From NCBI GenBank assembly GCA_009914755.4, contig CP086569.2, forward strand, positions 15,712,001-15,776,000: a stretch of DNA of 64,000 nucleotides, given 5' to 3'. Of this stretch, positions 40,481 through 61,647 are shown piece after piece; the stretch's first letter is position 1, and every line of letters begins with the position of its first letter. This DNA comes from the human T2T-CHM13v2.0 reference genome, Homo sapiens. Below the pieces are notes generated by a model. That model saw only the letters and a list, made by a program, of their open reading frames with translations, was not told where the DNA came from and made no database searches. The position numbers and the translations under genes are program-made.

Positions 40481-43400
40481 AATGTCATCTTCAGGCATTC
40501 AAAGCCTAATTTTTAGCAAATTTCAGCTGGAGGGAGAATCACTCTTGTTTTGACTATTTTATGCATTCTTGTTCATTTTGAATAACTCAAGGAATGCTAA
40601 AAATTATATGCATCCATTCAGTGAAACTTTACTGAATATCTTCACTGCCTCAGGCCCTGTGCTGGGCTGGTGTTAAAATTGAAGAACAAACTTCTCACAC
40701 CACAAAACTTGAGGGGAAGGCAGAGAAACACAGAAGCAAGGAGAGGCAAGGGGTGCTGGAGATGGCACCCATGTTAATAAGGGGTGCTAATAAATGTCTG
40801 GACACTGCCCTTAACCTAGTCTGGGAAGATCAGGAATACATTCTGTCTGAAGAAACCCCTAAGCCAGGTCTTTCCAACTCTGTAGAAAAAATACTAGTGG
40901 GTGGTGTGTTGTGGGGAGGATAGAATTACACATCTTTGAAGTAAGAAGACAGACGAAGACATAGGAAGACATGGCTCCTGCATCATGGGTGAAAAATATA
41001 AGGTGTTTTTTAGAAAGGTGTGAAAAATGAGACAGAAAGAAATTGGCTGATAAAAAACCTCCAACAAATGAGACAGAAAGGAACTGGCTGATAAAAAAAC
41101 CTCCAACTGCAAGACAGGGAGTTTGGGCTTTGTCCTGAAGTCAATTGAGAGACACCAAATGATTGCACCAAAGTGGATTATGAGTGTATTTAGTTGAGAC
41201 ATTTAGCAGTAATTCTCAAAAGTTCACATGCTTAGGAATACACGGGATGTCAACTTAAAGTACAGATCCTTACTGAATTGTGGTTTGGTGAACCTGTGTC
41301 TGAATTTCCAAGACGATCTCTAAGTGATGCACTTGTTGCTCATTCTCAATTAACCCCAACTTATTTAGGTTGCAAAGGATGGAGAACTGTTCACTTTAGA
41401 AGTAACCATGAGGATAATCTGCATTGGAATGAGAGGGTTCTGGATGCAAGGACAACATTAAAGAGCCAGAGCAATCAGAAATTAATTACTGTCCTCTTTT
41501 TAAGGGTGATGGAGACCGTAATAAGACAAGAAGTAAAAAAGAAAAAAAAAACGATAAGAAATGCATCTTATAGCTGCATGTACCAGAACTGATAAAGCGT
41601 AGTCATCAAAAACCACCTGGAACCACATTTGTCCTTAAGCTTTTGTTTAGGAACTTGTTTCAACAGAGAGAGGAGAATGATGAGATACCTTGGAGAGAGT
41701 TTCAGACAGGCTGGTCAAGGGTTTGGGCTTAGACTGGGTTGTTTTATAAGTGCTAAGAGGGCCAAAAACTTGTTCCTGCATTGGTTACTGTCATGATAAT
41801 GGGGATGTCAATATCCTTTAGCAAGAAAGTGACAGGACCAGAGAATGACTAGCATTGTCTTCAGTAAAAATAAGCAGTGGAAGAGAAGGGGATTTGGGGT
41901 CATTTTCAGTGTTTCCAGACTGTTCATGTTTCTGGCTTGTCCCATGCTGGCCGTGGGCTGCCTTCATCTAATGAGGAAGTTCGTTCAATTATTTTTATGT
42001 GCAGCCAGATGCACCTTGACTTAGCAATTAATTATCAGGCTAATTCTAGCAGCCAGATATAAGGGCTGTTTTTTGTTGTTTCTCAGAACTTCCAGGAAAT
42101 ATATGCATATGTCACATCTCCTAGGCCACCTGGTTCAAAAAAAAAAAAAGTTATGCTAAGGAAGTAAAAGTGATACTTTCTCTGCAAAATCTTATTAATA
42201 TATTGAAAGAAATTGAGATATAAAAAAGGTCCACTGTACCTCTACCTTTCTCTAAAATGATCATACATGTAAATTCTTAGAACACCCACAAATAATCTGG
42301 TTTCCTCTACTGGCAAAAGAATTAGAAAAAAAAAAATGAGAAAAATTAGCCAGGAGAAAACCCTGCCTGAAATTAACAGGTGACATTCATTAAAGTGGAA
42401 TGTTCCAACTAGTTCTCAAAGTCACTGATTCCTAAAAGGGCCGGAGAGGGAGTCCTTGGAGACTAAGACAAATTGCCAACAGCCATAGCTGGAAGGTTAC
42501 AAAAAAGAAAAATCTTTCTCACCCCCGGGCCCTAAACACAAGAACTTGGACTCAGCAGAAAGGAAGTGGGAAGATGCATTTCTGGCACACCAAAATATAA
42601 ACCTAACAACTCCTGTAAAAACTGAGAAATCAGATGGTGCCCAATTTATAATATTAGAGCCACTATTACGCTTCAGTGGTACAATTGGTCAAACTGGTTT
42701 CTTGTGGGCTCAGATGTTAGCTTCATTTTTATGCAACACCTGTTTCTACAAGTATATACGTTATGATCACAGCTTTCAAACTAACATGCTTGGCCTGCCT
42801 GGGTTATTGGATGTTATTTCTAGTATTTAAAGAGCAATTACAGTTTTTAGATTATAATAATAGAAAAGCACATAACAATTTATAAGTATATGCATTACCT
42901 ACAGACAAACTTTTCAAATAAATGTTTAAGAGATTTTGTAAAAGCATTGATTCAACCATTTACAGAGCAATCACTTGTTTCAAGTTTTAAAACTTTCAGA
43001 TAATCATCAAAATGTATTGTTCTGCGTAAGTTATATGCATTAAGTCATTTAATCCTTTTACTAGTTCCAGGGTGCAGACTCTCATTTTACAGATGAGGAA
43101 ACTGGGGTACAGAAAATTAAATAAATTGCTCAAGGTTGCAGACTTAGAACATAAAATTTATAGCGTTCACAATCATATTGTTTTGTTTTTAAGAGCATGT
43201 GCTTGTCAACTATTCTCTAAAAAACCTGGTTATTGAAGAAATATATGCCTCCCTGTAGACATTTTGGGGAAGAAAAAAATCACTATAATCTGTTTGTAGA
43301 GAACATTGATAGCTTTATATCTTAAAAACTTGTCATGTACACACACACAAACACACACACACACATAAACACAGAGAAGGTTGAGAGTGCTTATAGAATC

Positions 43401-45364
43401 TTGTAGAGTGCCCATTTAAAACAGTTTCTCAGTTTTGCCTATGATTTTATTTTACTTGTGCTTATTTTGCTTTGTGCTCATTTTTTGGCTGAAATGGCAC
43501 TTTAAAACCCTGGTTTTGCTTGCATCTCACCTGAATGCACATGGACTGCATGGAACTTGAAAAATTAAGGTTAGAGAATACAAAGAAGATACAGGCGCAT
43601 GGAAACATTGTGAATAATGCTTAGCATAGAAGAAGGCAGGCTTGGATTGCTACAGAATGTACACCAAAATGCATTAACTAGGACTGGCTTTCAAAAGCAG
43701 CACTCTTTGCTGAAACCCCAGGACACCTGCTCCTAGCCAATGATGTCCATGATCTGCTTAACTTGTGTGACTAGTGCACACACTTTGTGAAATATGTGGC
43801 TATTTTTATCATCCCACTATCCCCAATGAATTTTGTCATCCCCGTCACACCACAGGAAAAACCCCTTTTCTCCAGACTTGGGCAATTGGAGAATCTGTTA
43901 TCTCCCTATCTGACTGCTTCAGAATCTCCTTCCTCTGTCCTCAAATACCATTAGAAGAACATTCAGCAGCGGACCCAGGACAGATCCCCACCTCTAAACC
44001 CAACTACTTTGGTTTAATGTTGTCATTTAGGAAGAGTGATTCCACCTTAAAGATGTATCAAATATTTAAGTAAGAATACATTTAAGTGTGAATATTTCAT
44101 ATTCTTAAGTTTTAAATGTGCAGTATTTTTCATCCTGTCCCTCCCTGCCTCTGAAATCTAAATTTCTATATGCTGGCTTGCTCCTGAAAGAAAAAGAAAT
44201 TTAGCAGGATACACCGTCACTGTTTATACCATTTAGTCACAGTTTTCTTATAAACCTAAGTGGGACCCATTATATAACACGTTTTAACTTTGTTCTTCCA
44301 ACCCAGGGAATTGTTTTTCAAACCCAATTAAGTGTGTCTTCTGCACTAGCAGAAACAAAGTACAAACTAATGTTTTAAGATGTGTCTCTCTTAATTTAGG
44401 GGTATATATAAAATACTTTGTAATATGGAGAGCTAACATTTTGCAATCTCTATTAACTATTAGAGTAACCTAGGAAAATAAGAATTTACAACATGTTAGC
44501 ACACAAGTATTTCAAATTATGTTTGTCTTTTATGAACCATGTATGCTGGAGAAAAAAAATACTAACATTTCCTTTTGTAAAAATAAGAGTAAGCTGACAG
44601 TTATTTAAATGGTCCCTGGAAATACTATTCCAATGTCAGGCCTATAGGAGGAATGCATGGTTTTGTCTTCTCACATTTTGAAGCAATGGGCTGCAACTTC
44701 AAAATTATGCTATTAATATAGGTGTTTACTATACAAAAAAACAGAGAAAATATGGCATTCACTTGTGAGACATGTAAATTAAATCTCACAGTTACCTCTG
44801 TCCTCTGCAGTTTTGACCCCTTGGAATTTCACGAAAAGTAATTTAATTGAACAAGCATTCACATTGCTGCCAGAACTTATAGAGCCTATGGATTATCATC
44901 TTGGTTTCTAGTCCAAGATGCTATACAAAGCCTTTTATTTAATTATCTCATTTACCATGACATATTTTATCACCTATTTAAATTGACAAAAATATCAGAA
45001 CCACATAATGCAATATTTCTATTAAAAAGCAGCATCAATTTGACTTTTATTATATCAATCCACCATATAATTACTATAAGCAGATACCACAACAAGTCCT
45101 TTAACAAATAAATAGTGTACAATTTGAGTCTATCCTGGTTTTATTCTTCATAGATGGGCAACTATTCATACAATTGTACCCTGTAGCAGTTGTCCTGAAT
45201 TAATCGGACTTGGGACAATAGCTCAATTTCCTACCCTTTTTAAGTTATTGATCTTATTTCCTATCTTAATGGAGAGGCAGATCATGTATTTTTTGCATTT
45301 TTTTATTTTTTTGTTTCCTTTTTTAGGGTTAGAAGCTATGTATGATATTAAACCTTTTTTTCTC

Positions 45365-45420
45365 ATTTCCTTCCTTCCTTCCTTCCTTGCTTCCTTCCTT
45401 TTCTTTCTTTCTTTTTTTTG
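45365..45420. repeat. (TTCC)n microsatellite next to an Alu poly-T
   Basis: ttccttccttccttccttgcttccttcc. Confidence 0.9.
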
Positions 45421-45424
45421 TGAG

Positions 45425-45755
45425 AAAAATTCTCTCTCTGTTGGGCAGGCTGAAGTGCAGTTGTGCAATCATGGGGGAGGGCAGTGTTGCAATCTTGGAG
45501 GAGTGTGGTGTTGCAATCTTGGCTTACTGCAACTTCCACCTCCCAGGTTCAAGGGATTTTCCCACCTTAGCCTCCCGAGTAGCTGGGATTACAGGCACAT
45601 GCCATCAGGCATGGCAATTTTTTGTATTTTTTTGTAGAGATGGGTTTTCACCATGTTGGCCAGGCTGGTCTTGAACTCCTAACCTCAAGTGATTTTCCAC
45701 CTTCTACCTCCCAAAGTGCTGGGATTGCAGGTGTGAACCATAGTGCTTGGCCTTT
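45425..45755 (-). mobile_element. Alu (antisense) with a small internal triplication (TGCAATCATGG / TGTTGCAATCTTGG / TGTTGCAATCTTGG)
   Basis: ...CAGGCTGAAGTGCAGTTGTGCAATC...CTCCCGAGTAGCTGGGATTACAGGCACATGCCATCAGGCATGGC... Confidence 0.85.
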
Positions 45756-45839
45756 TTCTTATTTTCTTCTGCATTGATATAGTCTGTGGCTACTCAGTAA
45801 GAAAAACTCAGTTTTCCTTACAAAAGAATAATAATAGTA

Positions 45840-45905
45840 GAAGTGATGATGGTGATGATGATGATGGTGGTGATGATGAGGATGAGGATGAAGATGAGGA
45901 TATAG
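45840..45905. repeat. (GAT/GAG)n trinucleotide repeat
   Basis: gatgatggtgatgatgatgatggtggtgatgatgaggatgaggatgaagatgaggat. Confidence 0.95.
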
Positions 45906-46654
45906 ATCAATGACAGCCCCTGACAATAAAAATAAAAATGGAAATCAGAATGAACATGTTTAAAGTATAGATGAAGGTGGAGACACTTGACAATGTGAAA
46001 TTGGGAAGCACTGAGGAAGTTGGATCAAGTGAAAGGCAAGACAACATGATCTGGAAGAAACTATATAACCCAGAGAGGAAGAGGAAGGGAAAGGCAGAAA
46101 AAGGGAAGGGAGCATTCTTGGCAGTCTGATCATGAAGGATTCCTGGTTGTCCTAAAATTCCCCATTACAGGGCACATTGTCTACATAGCAACCCTTGTCT
46201 GATGAGTCTCTTTTCCTTGCAATCAAAAATCCAAGATAAGCCATCAGTATTGACAAAAAACTTATTGATGACTCGAGAGCTGGTTTGGATGTTGGTAGAT
46301 TTTACAACTCTTCCTTCCCTTAGATTTTATCCCTCTTTCTGCAAGGTGTTTAGGCACTTTATCAAGAATATTGTTAGCTCTGGTAAAAGGCATGTGAGAG
46401 AAGAGATTAAAAATATGTGAAATAATAGGAGTATTCCATCTCTTCAGTAGACATAGCACATCTTTTTTTGAACAAATCTCCTTTAAACAAGTCTTCCTCT
46501 AAACAACTCTCACTGGCTGTTCTAATTCCATGATCTTCCCACCTATGTCTATCTCCACTGGGCTTCAGAACATTTTCTTCATTCTATCACATATCACATT
46601 TGTGATGAGAATCCTTATGTTTATTTCTGAGTTGCAATAACAAAATCACTGGAG

Positions 46655-46970
46655 ACAGTGGGGGCGGTGGCTCATGCTTATAATCCTACCACTTTGGGAG
46701 GCTGAGGCAGGTGAATCCCTTGAGGTCAGGAGTTCGAGAGAAGCCTGGCCAACATGGTGAAACCGCATCTCTACTAAATATACAAAAATTAGCCAGACTT
46801 GGTGGTCCACGACTATAATTCCAATTACTCAGGAGAGCGAGGCAGGAGGATCCCTTGAACCTGGAAGGCAGAGGTTGCAGTGAGCTGAGATCACACCACT
46901 TCACTCCAGCTTGGGGAACGGAGCAAGACTGCCATCTCAGGGGAAAAAAAAAAAAAAACAAAAAAGCCTG
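46655..46970 (+). mobile_element. Alu with poly-A
   Basis: GGGGGCGGTGGCTCATGCTTATAATCCTACCACTTTGGGAGGCTGAGGCAGG... Confidence 0.9.
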
Positions 46971-47145
46971 AGATGTTAGTTGCGTGTGGGGATGTGGGGT
47001 GCACCTGTTACACTTCATTACTAATCAAAATCTGCATTTTTAGTGATTAGTCCCCAAGACAAATGGATTGTTAAAATGACATGAAGACAAGGAAGTTCTT
47101 TCTTCTTTTCTTGTAATAGCAAATCCAGTTAGAAACAATAGGTAG

Positions 47146-47455
<310 letters not shown>

Positions 47456-49179
47456 ATAAGGTAGCTTCTTCCACCCAAGTGATTTGGATTGGACCATACT
47501 GTTAATTTATTGGAATGTCAGCGACGTATCAGCAGCACTCTGAAAAGACAAGCACCCAACAGAAAGCCTAATGCACCTTGAGTTCTGAATAAACACCTCT
47601 TAAGTGCAAATGAAAAAGATGTGTATTTATTGCTCACCCACTGCAAAGATAGCAATATAAAAAGATCAATTGAAATTATAGTTTTAAAATGGGAAATATT
47701 TACGCAGAATGCCTATTTGTAGTATGCATTATCTGAATCTAAAACCAGCTGCTAGCCTCCCTACTTTGTAGAGTCTACAAACACCATGAGATCTGTAGTG
47801 TGCCCAGCTGGGTAAGGGTTAAAAATGCATCTCATAGCACCTGCTCAATGATCCTTTATTTAGAACTGAGCTAATGTGGGAAACTACTTTCCAGCCTAAA
47901 ACATGAAATATAAATGCAGTGTTTCTTGGTGGAATGGATGATGATATTAACAGCTGGTCTTTCCTAAGATGTGCCTCCTGAGGACTAAATGATAAGTCAT
48001 TTTCTGGAAGAACTGTAAATAAAGGCAGCATATTTGAGGTTATATATTTTTATTATGTAATTATATGTTGATAATAAAAATAAATAAGTAAAAGGAAAGT
48101 CTTTCTTTCTCAACATTGGGAATAAATCCATGCTCAACCTAGGAAGGGAAAGACTTGGAGTACTATGCCAAAGGGCTTTGTTACATTCACCAGTAAAGTG
48201 TGCATCTAAATAATAGCAAAACACCAAGAATCAGTTGGCTTGCGTTATTCTCCACTAGCAGTGGAAGCTCAAGTTACCCTACAGTAAGCCCCTAATCTCT
48301 ACATGCTTATCTGCTCACCAGGGAGAGTGTTTGGCCAGCTTGCACCACGGGGTCCAGTTAAACAGCCTCACCCTATACTTTGTGATATTTCTTTTGTGCC
48401 TTTTCTTTTTAATGAGAAATGGAGGCTCTCCCTGGAGACAAGGTAACGGATCACCGAAATCCACTTTCCTGGTCGATATCCAAGTTACTATCAAGGCCAT
48501 ATTGTGATGTGGATAGACAAAAATATTTCCATGAATTTTGTGAATTGTATTTTTTACTAGTTTGGTATGTAGAGAAAGATATCCTTCCATCTTTATTCTT
48601 TCTTTCTCCCTTCACACTTACTTCTTTACTATTTGTTCCTCTTCCTCATAAACATCCTAACAATCTCCCTGTGAAGATGAAGAGATAACATTGGGGAATA
48701 TATCATCATGCCAATTTTCTAAGTGTTTTATGAAACACAAAGTTACTGGAATTTTTTCAAGATTTTATCAGTAAGAAGTCTTAATATATATTCATGTATA
48801 ATAGTAAGTAAAATAGAAGGACATACAGTATTCTAGTCTTGTACTGACCACTATATGCATGTGTGTGTGTGTGCACATGCATATGTGTGTGAAAAAACTC
48901 ATATACATGATACACAGATACATATTATATGCATGCATATCCAGGGTAGCTGTGTTTATACACTTACGTACACTCAAAAATAATTGTAAATAAAGCTCTT
49001 TAGAGCATACAGACTTTTCTTTTGAAACAACAATTGCATATTTATTCTGACTGATGCTTGCAAATGCTACAAACAATATTTCAAAATGAACCTTTACTTT
49101 CCTTGGGATTTTTGGGATGATTTTTGATAAGCACAATCTTTTTCCTTTTTTAACTTTGAAAAATTAAACTTCTTATTTT

Positions 49180-49720
49180 ATAATCCTTTAGGTTGACAGA
49201 AAAGTTGCAAAGGTAGTACAGGTTTTTCCCATATATGTTGCATCCAGATTCTCCTATATTGTAATTATATATTGACAAATAATACTCTATATATTTATGG
49301 AGTACTACTTGATGTGATATATGCTTTCAGTATGGACCCATTGAACAAAGCTAATTAACATATCCCTCACCCAAAAACGTATTATTTATCACTCCTGTTT
49401 AGCCAAAATTTTGTATCCTTGGATTATTACCACCCCATTCCTCTTATCCATGCCCCTGGAAAGCACCAATTTACTCTCTGTTTCTCTGAGCTGGGCTTTT
49501 TCATAGACGCTATATATGAGTGAGATCATGCAGTGTCCATCTTTCTGTGTCTGGCTTATCTCATTTAGCATAACATCCTGCATGTTGTCGCAAATGGCAG
49601 GATTTCCTTCTTTTTAAAGTTGGGATAGTATTCCATTATGTAGCTATACCATATTTCCTTTAGCCGTTCATCTGTTGATATTGTTCATTTCAAAGTAAAG
49701 TAAGCCTACACTAATTAGGA
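49180..49720 (-). mobile_element. Old L1 (L1M/L1PB-like) ORF2 3'-region fragment, antisense
   Basis: ...GCATAACATCCTGCATGTTGTCGCAAATGGCAGGATTTCCTTCTTTTTAAAGTTGGGATAGTATTCCATTATGTAGCTATACCATATTTCCTTTAGCCGTTCATCTGTTGATA matches antisense L1 (..GTTGTCGCAAATGGCAGGATTTCCTTCTTTTTTAAGGCTGAATAATATTCCATTGTATG...). Confidence 0.8.
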
Positions 49721-50683
49721 AAAACGACACTTGGGATGTGTGATGAATCTTTTAATATTAGCATCTTATTGACATATCTATTGACATGAATGATGGCATT
49801 CTGCTTCTATCGAAGACATTAGTTCACACCTATGTAGCAAACCCTACATGTTCATGTTATTCTCCAATCCTCATAAGAGCCATTACTTCTGAATGTAAAA
49901 AATATATAAAAAATATATATACTATATGTATACATAGTAAGAGTATATATAATATACAAATATATATACTATATAAATATATGTGCCATGTAAGTATATA
50001 TGTGTATTTTATAGCATTATATAAACATATATACTATATAGTATCTAAATATATTATATATACTATATACAGTATCTAAATATACTATATATAATCTGTA
50101 CATAGTGCTTAAATACTGTGTATGTGTGTGCATATAGTATATTATCTATATATTGTATAGTATATATATATAATATGTATATATAAAATTATGGTCAATT
50201 TGCCACAATCCAGTTACACTTACATCTATACTGTCTCTTGAAAGATAAACCAATGGACAACTTCCACTTTCTACTTTAGATACTGTTTTTATTGCCTAAG
50301 ATTTTACACACACATGCACACTCTCAGGAATACATTATGTATGGCTAAGGATGTGTGTAAAACAAATGATATAAATGTATAGTATGTGGTTCACACACAC
50401 AAACGCAATACATGCATCCTTGTATGTGTGTATCTATACATAACCATAATCTTGCAAATGACATAAACTGAATATGCTGCTAAGATTAATTGTGCTAAAA
50501 TCTGCCTCTATAATAGAAAATTTTTCTGCCATAAAGAAAACAAAACAATGTTTTAATGAGTGGTCCCTGAGGTATACACAATAGGTAACAGAGCATACAG
50601 TTTCTAAGAGTTTTATGAAACACAGTTACTGGATTTTTTCCCAATTTTCTTGATCAGTAGGAAGCATTTAGATATATTCACTA

Positions 50684-50866
<183 letters not shown>

Positions 50867-52829
50867 TCATTTTATTATATGTTTGTTTTCCTAAGCCATT
50901 AAAGATGCTTTAAATGAAGTGTATAAGTAGCCTTTGAAAAATGTGTCAATATAAGCAAAGTACACAATGAGTCCCTCATCCATTCACTTCTTTTATTGGG
51001 AGACAACATTTTGTGATAGGTGAGAAAAGTTCACATCTGAAGCCAGCCTGATATAAATTCCAAGCTCCCCCTTACCAGCTGTTTAAACATTAATAAATGA
51101 TTTACTTTCTTCCTCTTTTCCCTCACAGGGCTTTAGGATTAGAATATCACTAATACATGAATCTCAGGACTTAAAACTAAACATTTAAAAAGAATATCAT
51201 TAATATCATACACCTGATATGAATACTATAAATAGATTTTGGTATCCCTATTTATCTACCACATATCTATTCATATCATCGGAAAGAAGTATTGCAGGAG
51301 ATTAAAAAAACAAATCAAATAACAGAAAAAAATAACAAATAAAATAACGCAACCATGTTCCATGAAGCAACGTGAGTGTCCAAGTAGATAGAGCTATCCA
51401 CTCTGCATCAAGAGAGGCAGCAAGAATTTCAGGTGGAAATGGGGAAGGCTGAATGAATAGTGGAGGGTGTGAGTAGGGAGTGTGTTGAAATAAGAAATGA
51501 CAACCCAAGTGTCAAGACTTCTCATTCACCTTCTGAAAGCCCAGTTAAGGCTCTTCTCACTGTCATGCATAAGTGAGTTGAGCTGCATGGCAGATGAACT
51601 TACTTTCAAGACAAAGAGTCTATAGTTTTGAAAAATTCCTTCCAGGTCCATGAATGTTTCTTTCCCATTCCATTTCCTAGAGGAAACAGAGGCACCAACC
51701 CAACCAGGATTTTACCATCAATCAGCAGGGAAATAGAATATTTGACACCAGTATATGAATACAAATTTTGTTAATATCCTTGGATTCATAGAAGGTCCTC
51801 TGGGAGGAAGGGAGATGAGAAATTCCAAAATATTTCATTGGAAATTTTCAGCATCTCAAACTAGCAATTTCTACTGTGTTGTACATACATTAGAGAATGA
51901 TTATATTTAGTGCTCATAAAACTGATCCTAGGAAAACATGATAATCATTTCAAAATGATGGGAAGAGGCATACACAAATATATTAGTTTCAACTTCAGCT
52001 CTTTATATTGCATGGGAGACCTCGAATTGGAACATGTTTGGGTTTTTTGCTTGTTTGTTTTTCTTTTTTTCTTCTTCTTTTTCTTTTTTTTTTTCAAAGA
52101 ATGTGTTTTATTTTATTTTTAAAATTTCAATAGATTCAAAGAAAGAAAACAATTTGTGTTTTCTTTCAAGATTTGTGTCCCTGTCCAAATCTTGTATCCA
52201 GTTGGAGGAGAGGCCTAGTGGAAGATGATTGGATTGTGGGTAGATTTCACTCTTGTTGCTCTCATGATAGTGAGTGAGTTCTTATGGGATCCAATGGTTC
52301 AAAAGGGTGTGGCACTTCAAAATTCACTCTCTCTTTCCTGCCACTGTAGGAAGAAGATGCTTGCTCCCCCTTCACCTCCTGGCGTGATTGTAAGTTTCCT
52401 GAGTCCTCCTAGACATGATTCCTGTTATGCCTGAAGAACTCTGAGTCAATTAAACCTCTTTTTTTAATACATTACTCAGTCTCAGGTAGTTCTTAAAGCA
52501 GTGTGAAAATAACTAATACAGAAAACCACTCAATTCCCCTTCAGGCTAGGACTTTAAGCTTGTCTCTTGTCTCTGGAGCAAGAACTGCCCCTGAAATTCC
52601 AACTCTGTGATTCCGATCATTGTAGATAATCCCATTCCTGTCCCAACAATTATTGAATGTAGTAACTCCTAATTCTTTTTGAGAATCATGGACTTGGTCA
52701 TTGCTGCATTCCATATATTTCTTTACTTTATCTCCCTTTTAGAAGTAAAGATGTTACAGTGGTGATGGTGGAGATAGTGGTGGTGGTAATAGTGAAAAGA
52801 AGAGATAATGGAAACAGAAAATTGCCATG

Positions 52830-53105
52830 GCTGGGCATGGAGGCTCACACCAGTAATCCCAACAGTTTGGTAGACCAAAACAGGATGATCACTTGAGCCC
52901 AGGAGTTCAAGAACTTCCTGGGCAATATAGCAAGACCTTATCTCTACAAACAATTTTTAAAAGTAGCCAAGGATGGCTACGCACACCTGTAGCCCAGCCA
53001 CTTGGGAGGCTGAGACAGAAAGATTTCTTGAGCCCAGGACTTGGAGGCTACAGTGAGCTATGATCATCCTACTCTACTCCAGCCTGGCTGACAGAGCAAG
53101 AAGGT
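52830..53105 (+). mobile_element. Alu (older, AluJ-like)
   Basis: GGCTGGGCATGGAGGCTCACACCAGTAATCCCAACAGTTTGGTAGACCAAAACAGGATGATCACTTGAGCCCAGGAGTTCAAG... Confidence 0.85.
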
Positions 53106-53739
53106 TTCAATAACAACAATGAAAATAGAAAAGTAAAGAGAAAAATCACCATAAAAACCCTACTCTATTAACTACAGTCACCATCTATTGGTGGTTGACA
53201 AAATTATTGGGTGAAACTTGGAGAAAAAATATTAATAAAATACTGATTACTTAAAAAATATATATCTGAAGAGAGCTTTTAGTTACAAAAGTGGGCTTAG
53301 ATTTCAAAAATGACTTTCACAAAATATACTTTAAGTCATGGATATCTAAAAATCACAAATAGTCAAGAAAATTTTCTAAGAACTTTACTGACTTTGAAAG
53401 TGGTTATTGGAAGTCATAGCTTTGCAATGTGGAGATTCAATGGCACGATTGTGAGAACTTCAAAACCAATAATATGCTTTGCAAGTATTTGTACTGAATC
53501 AAAGATTCAAGGGCAATTTCAAATGATATATTTGTCACAAACCAGACATACAGGGTAGAAATTGTTTCAAAATACGTAATAGCTTGTTAAAGGTACTATT
53601 ACTGATACCAAGGAAAATGAAGTTTTCTACTTTTTAAACAGAGATTGGAAATATAGAAAATAATGCAAAGTAAAGCAGACAAAAAATATTCACACTTCCT
53701 TATAAGTGAATGATAAATCATATGTACCAATTGCCCACT

Positions 53740-55690
53740 TTTTGGTCTGGCTTGGCGGGGCCTCATCCCCTTGGAGCCCAGCAAGCAAATATCCACTGGC
53801 TTTAAATACTTGTTGCCAGCACACCAGCCTGAACTCAACCTGAGACTCATGAGCTTGGTTGGGGGAGAGGCATCAGCCATTGGTGAGGCTTGAGTAGGCA
53901 GTTTTACCCTCACAGTGTAAACAAAGCCTCAGGGAAGTTCAAACTGTGGGGAGCCCATCACAGCTAAGTGAAGCCACTGCAGTGAGACTGCTTCTCTAGA
54001 TTTCTGCTCTCTGGGCAGGGCATCTCAGAAAATATGGCTGCAGCCCCATTCTGGAACTTATAGATAAAACCCCCATCTCCCTGGAACCGAACACCTGGGA
54101 GAAGGGGTGGTTGTGGATGCAGCTTCAGCAAACTTAAAATGTCCCTGCCTGACAGCCCTGAAGAGAGCACTGGATCTCCCTGCACAGTGCTCAAGCTCTG
54201 CTAAGGGACAGACTGCCTCCTCAACTGGATCCCTGACCCTCGTGTATAGAGACTGGGAGACACCTCCCAGTAGGGGCTGACAGACACCTCACACAGCAGA
54301 GATCTGGCTAGCATCTGGTGAGTGCCTTGCTGGGACAAAACTTCCAGAGGAAGGAACAAGCAGCAATCTTTGCTGTTCTGTAGCCTCCACAAGTGATACC
54401 CAGGAAAAGAGGGTCTGGAGTAAACCTCCAGCAAATGCCAGCAGACCTGCAGCAGACAGGCCAGACTGGTAGAAGGAAAACAAACAAACAGAAAATAATA
54501 TCATCAATATCAACAAAAAGGATGCTCACACAAAAACCCCATCTGAAAGTCACCAACATCAAAAACCAAAGGTAGAAAAATTCATGCAGATGATGAAAAA
54601 TCAGTGCAAAAAGCCGGAAAATTCCAAAACAAGAATGCCTCTTCTCCTCCAAAGGATCACAAAAAGCTAGAAGATACTGGTGGCCAATATTCATCATTCT
54701 TAAATAAAATAATTTTTGACTCAGAATTTCATATCCAGCCAAACTAAGCTTCATAAGCAAAGGAGAAATAAAATCTTTTACAGAAAAGCAAATGCTGAGA
54801 GATTTTGTCACCCCAGACCTGCCTTACAAGAGCTCCTGAAGGAAACACTAAATATGGAAAGTAACAACTAGTATCAGCCACTGCAAAACTTACCAAATTG
54901 TAAAGATCATCCACACTATGAAGACACTGCAATGGGCAAAATAAGCAGCTAGTATCATAATGACAGGATCAAAATCACACATAACAATATGAACCTTAAA
55001 TGTAAACAGGCTAAATGCCCCAGTTAGAAGACACAGGATGACAAATTCAAAAGTGTCAAGACCATCAGTGTGCTGTATTTAGGAGACCCATCTCATGAGT
55101 AAAGACACATAAAAAGGCTAAAAATAAAGGGATGGAGGAATATTTACCAAGCAAATAGAAAGCAAAAAAAACAGGAGTTGCAAACCTAGTCCCTGATAAA
55201 ACAGACTTTAAACCAACAAAGTTCAAATGAGACAAATAGGGGCATTACATAACAGTAAAGGGACCAATGCAACAAGAAGAGCTAACTATCCAAAATATAT
55301 ATGAACCCAATTACAGGAGCACCCAGATTTGCAAAGCAAGTTCTTAGAGACCTTAAAAGTGACTTAGACTCCTACACAATAATAGTGGGAGACTTTAATA
55401 TCCCACTGTCAATATTAGAGAGATCAATAAGAGAGAAGATTAACAAGGATATCCAGAACTGGAACTCAGCTCTGGGTCAAGCGGACCTAGTAGACATCTA
55501 TAGAACTCTCCACCTGAAATCAACAGAATATACATTCTTCTCAGAACCACATTGAACTTATTCTAAAATGGACCACATATTTAGAAGTAAAAGACTTCTT
55601 AGCAAATGCAAAGGCAGCAGAAAACATAACAAGCAGTTTCCCAGACCACGGTGCAATCAAATTAGAACTCAGAATTAAGAAACTCAAAAC
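53740..55690 (+). mobile_element. L1 piece #1 (older L1PA/L1PB-type). Contains part of the 5'UTR, an ORF1 with a large internal deletion, and the N-terminal (endonuclease) part of ORF2. It ends abruptly at ...CAGAATTAAGAAACTCAAAAC.
   Basis: 5'UTR homology (…GGGGAGAGGCATCAGCCATTGGTGAGGCTTGAGTAGGCAG…CCACAGCTAAGTGAAGCC…). ORF2-EN translation ORF 55301-55555 (...IIVGDFNIPLSILERSIREKINKDIQNWNSALGQADLVDIYRTLH...). Confidence 0.85.
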
Positions 55691-61647
<5,957 letters not shown>

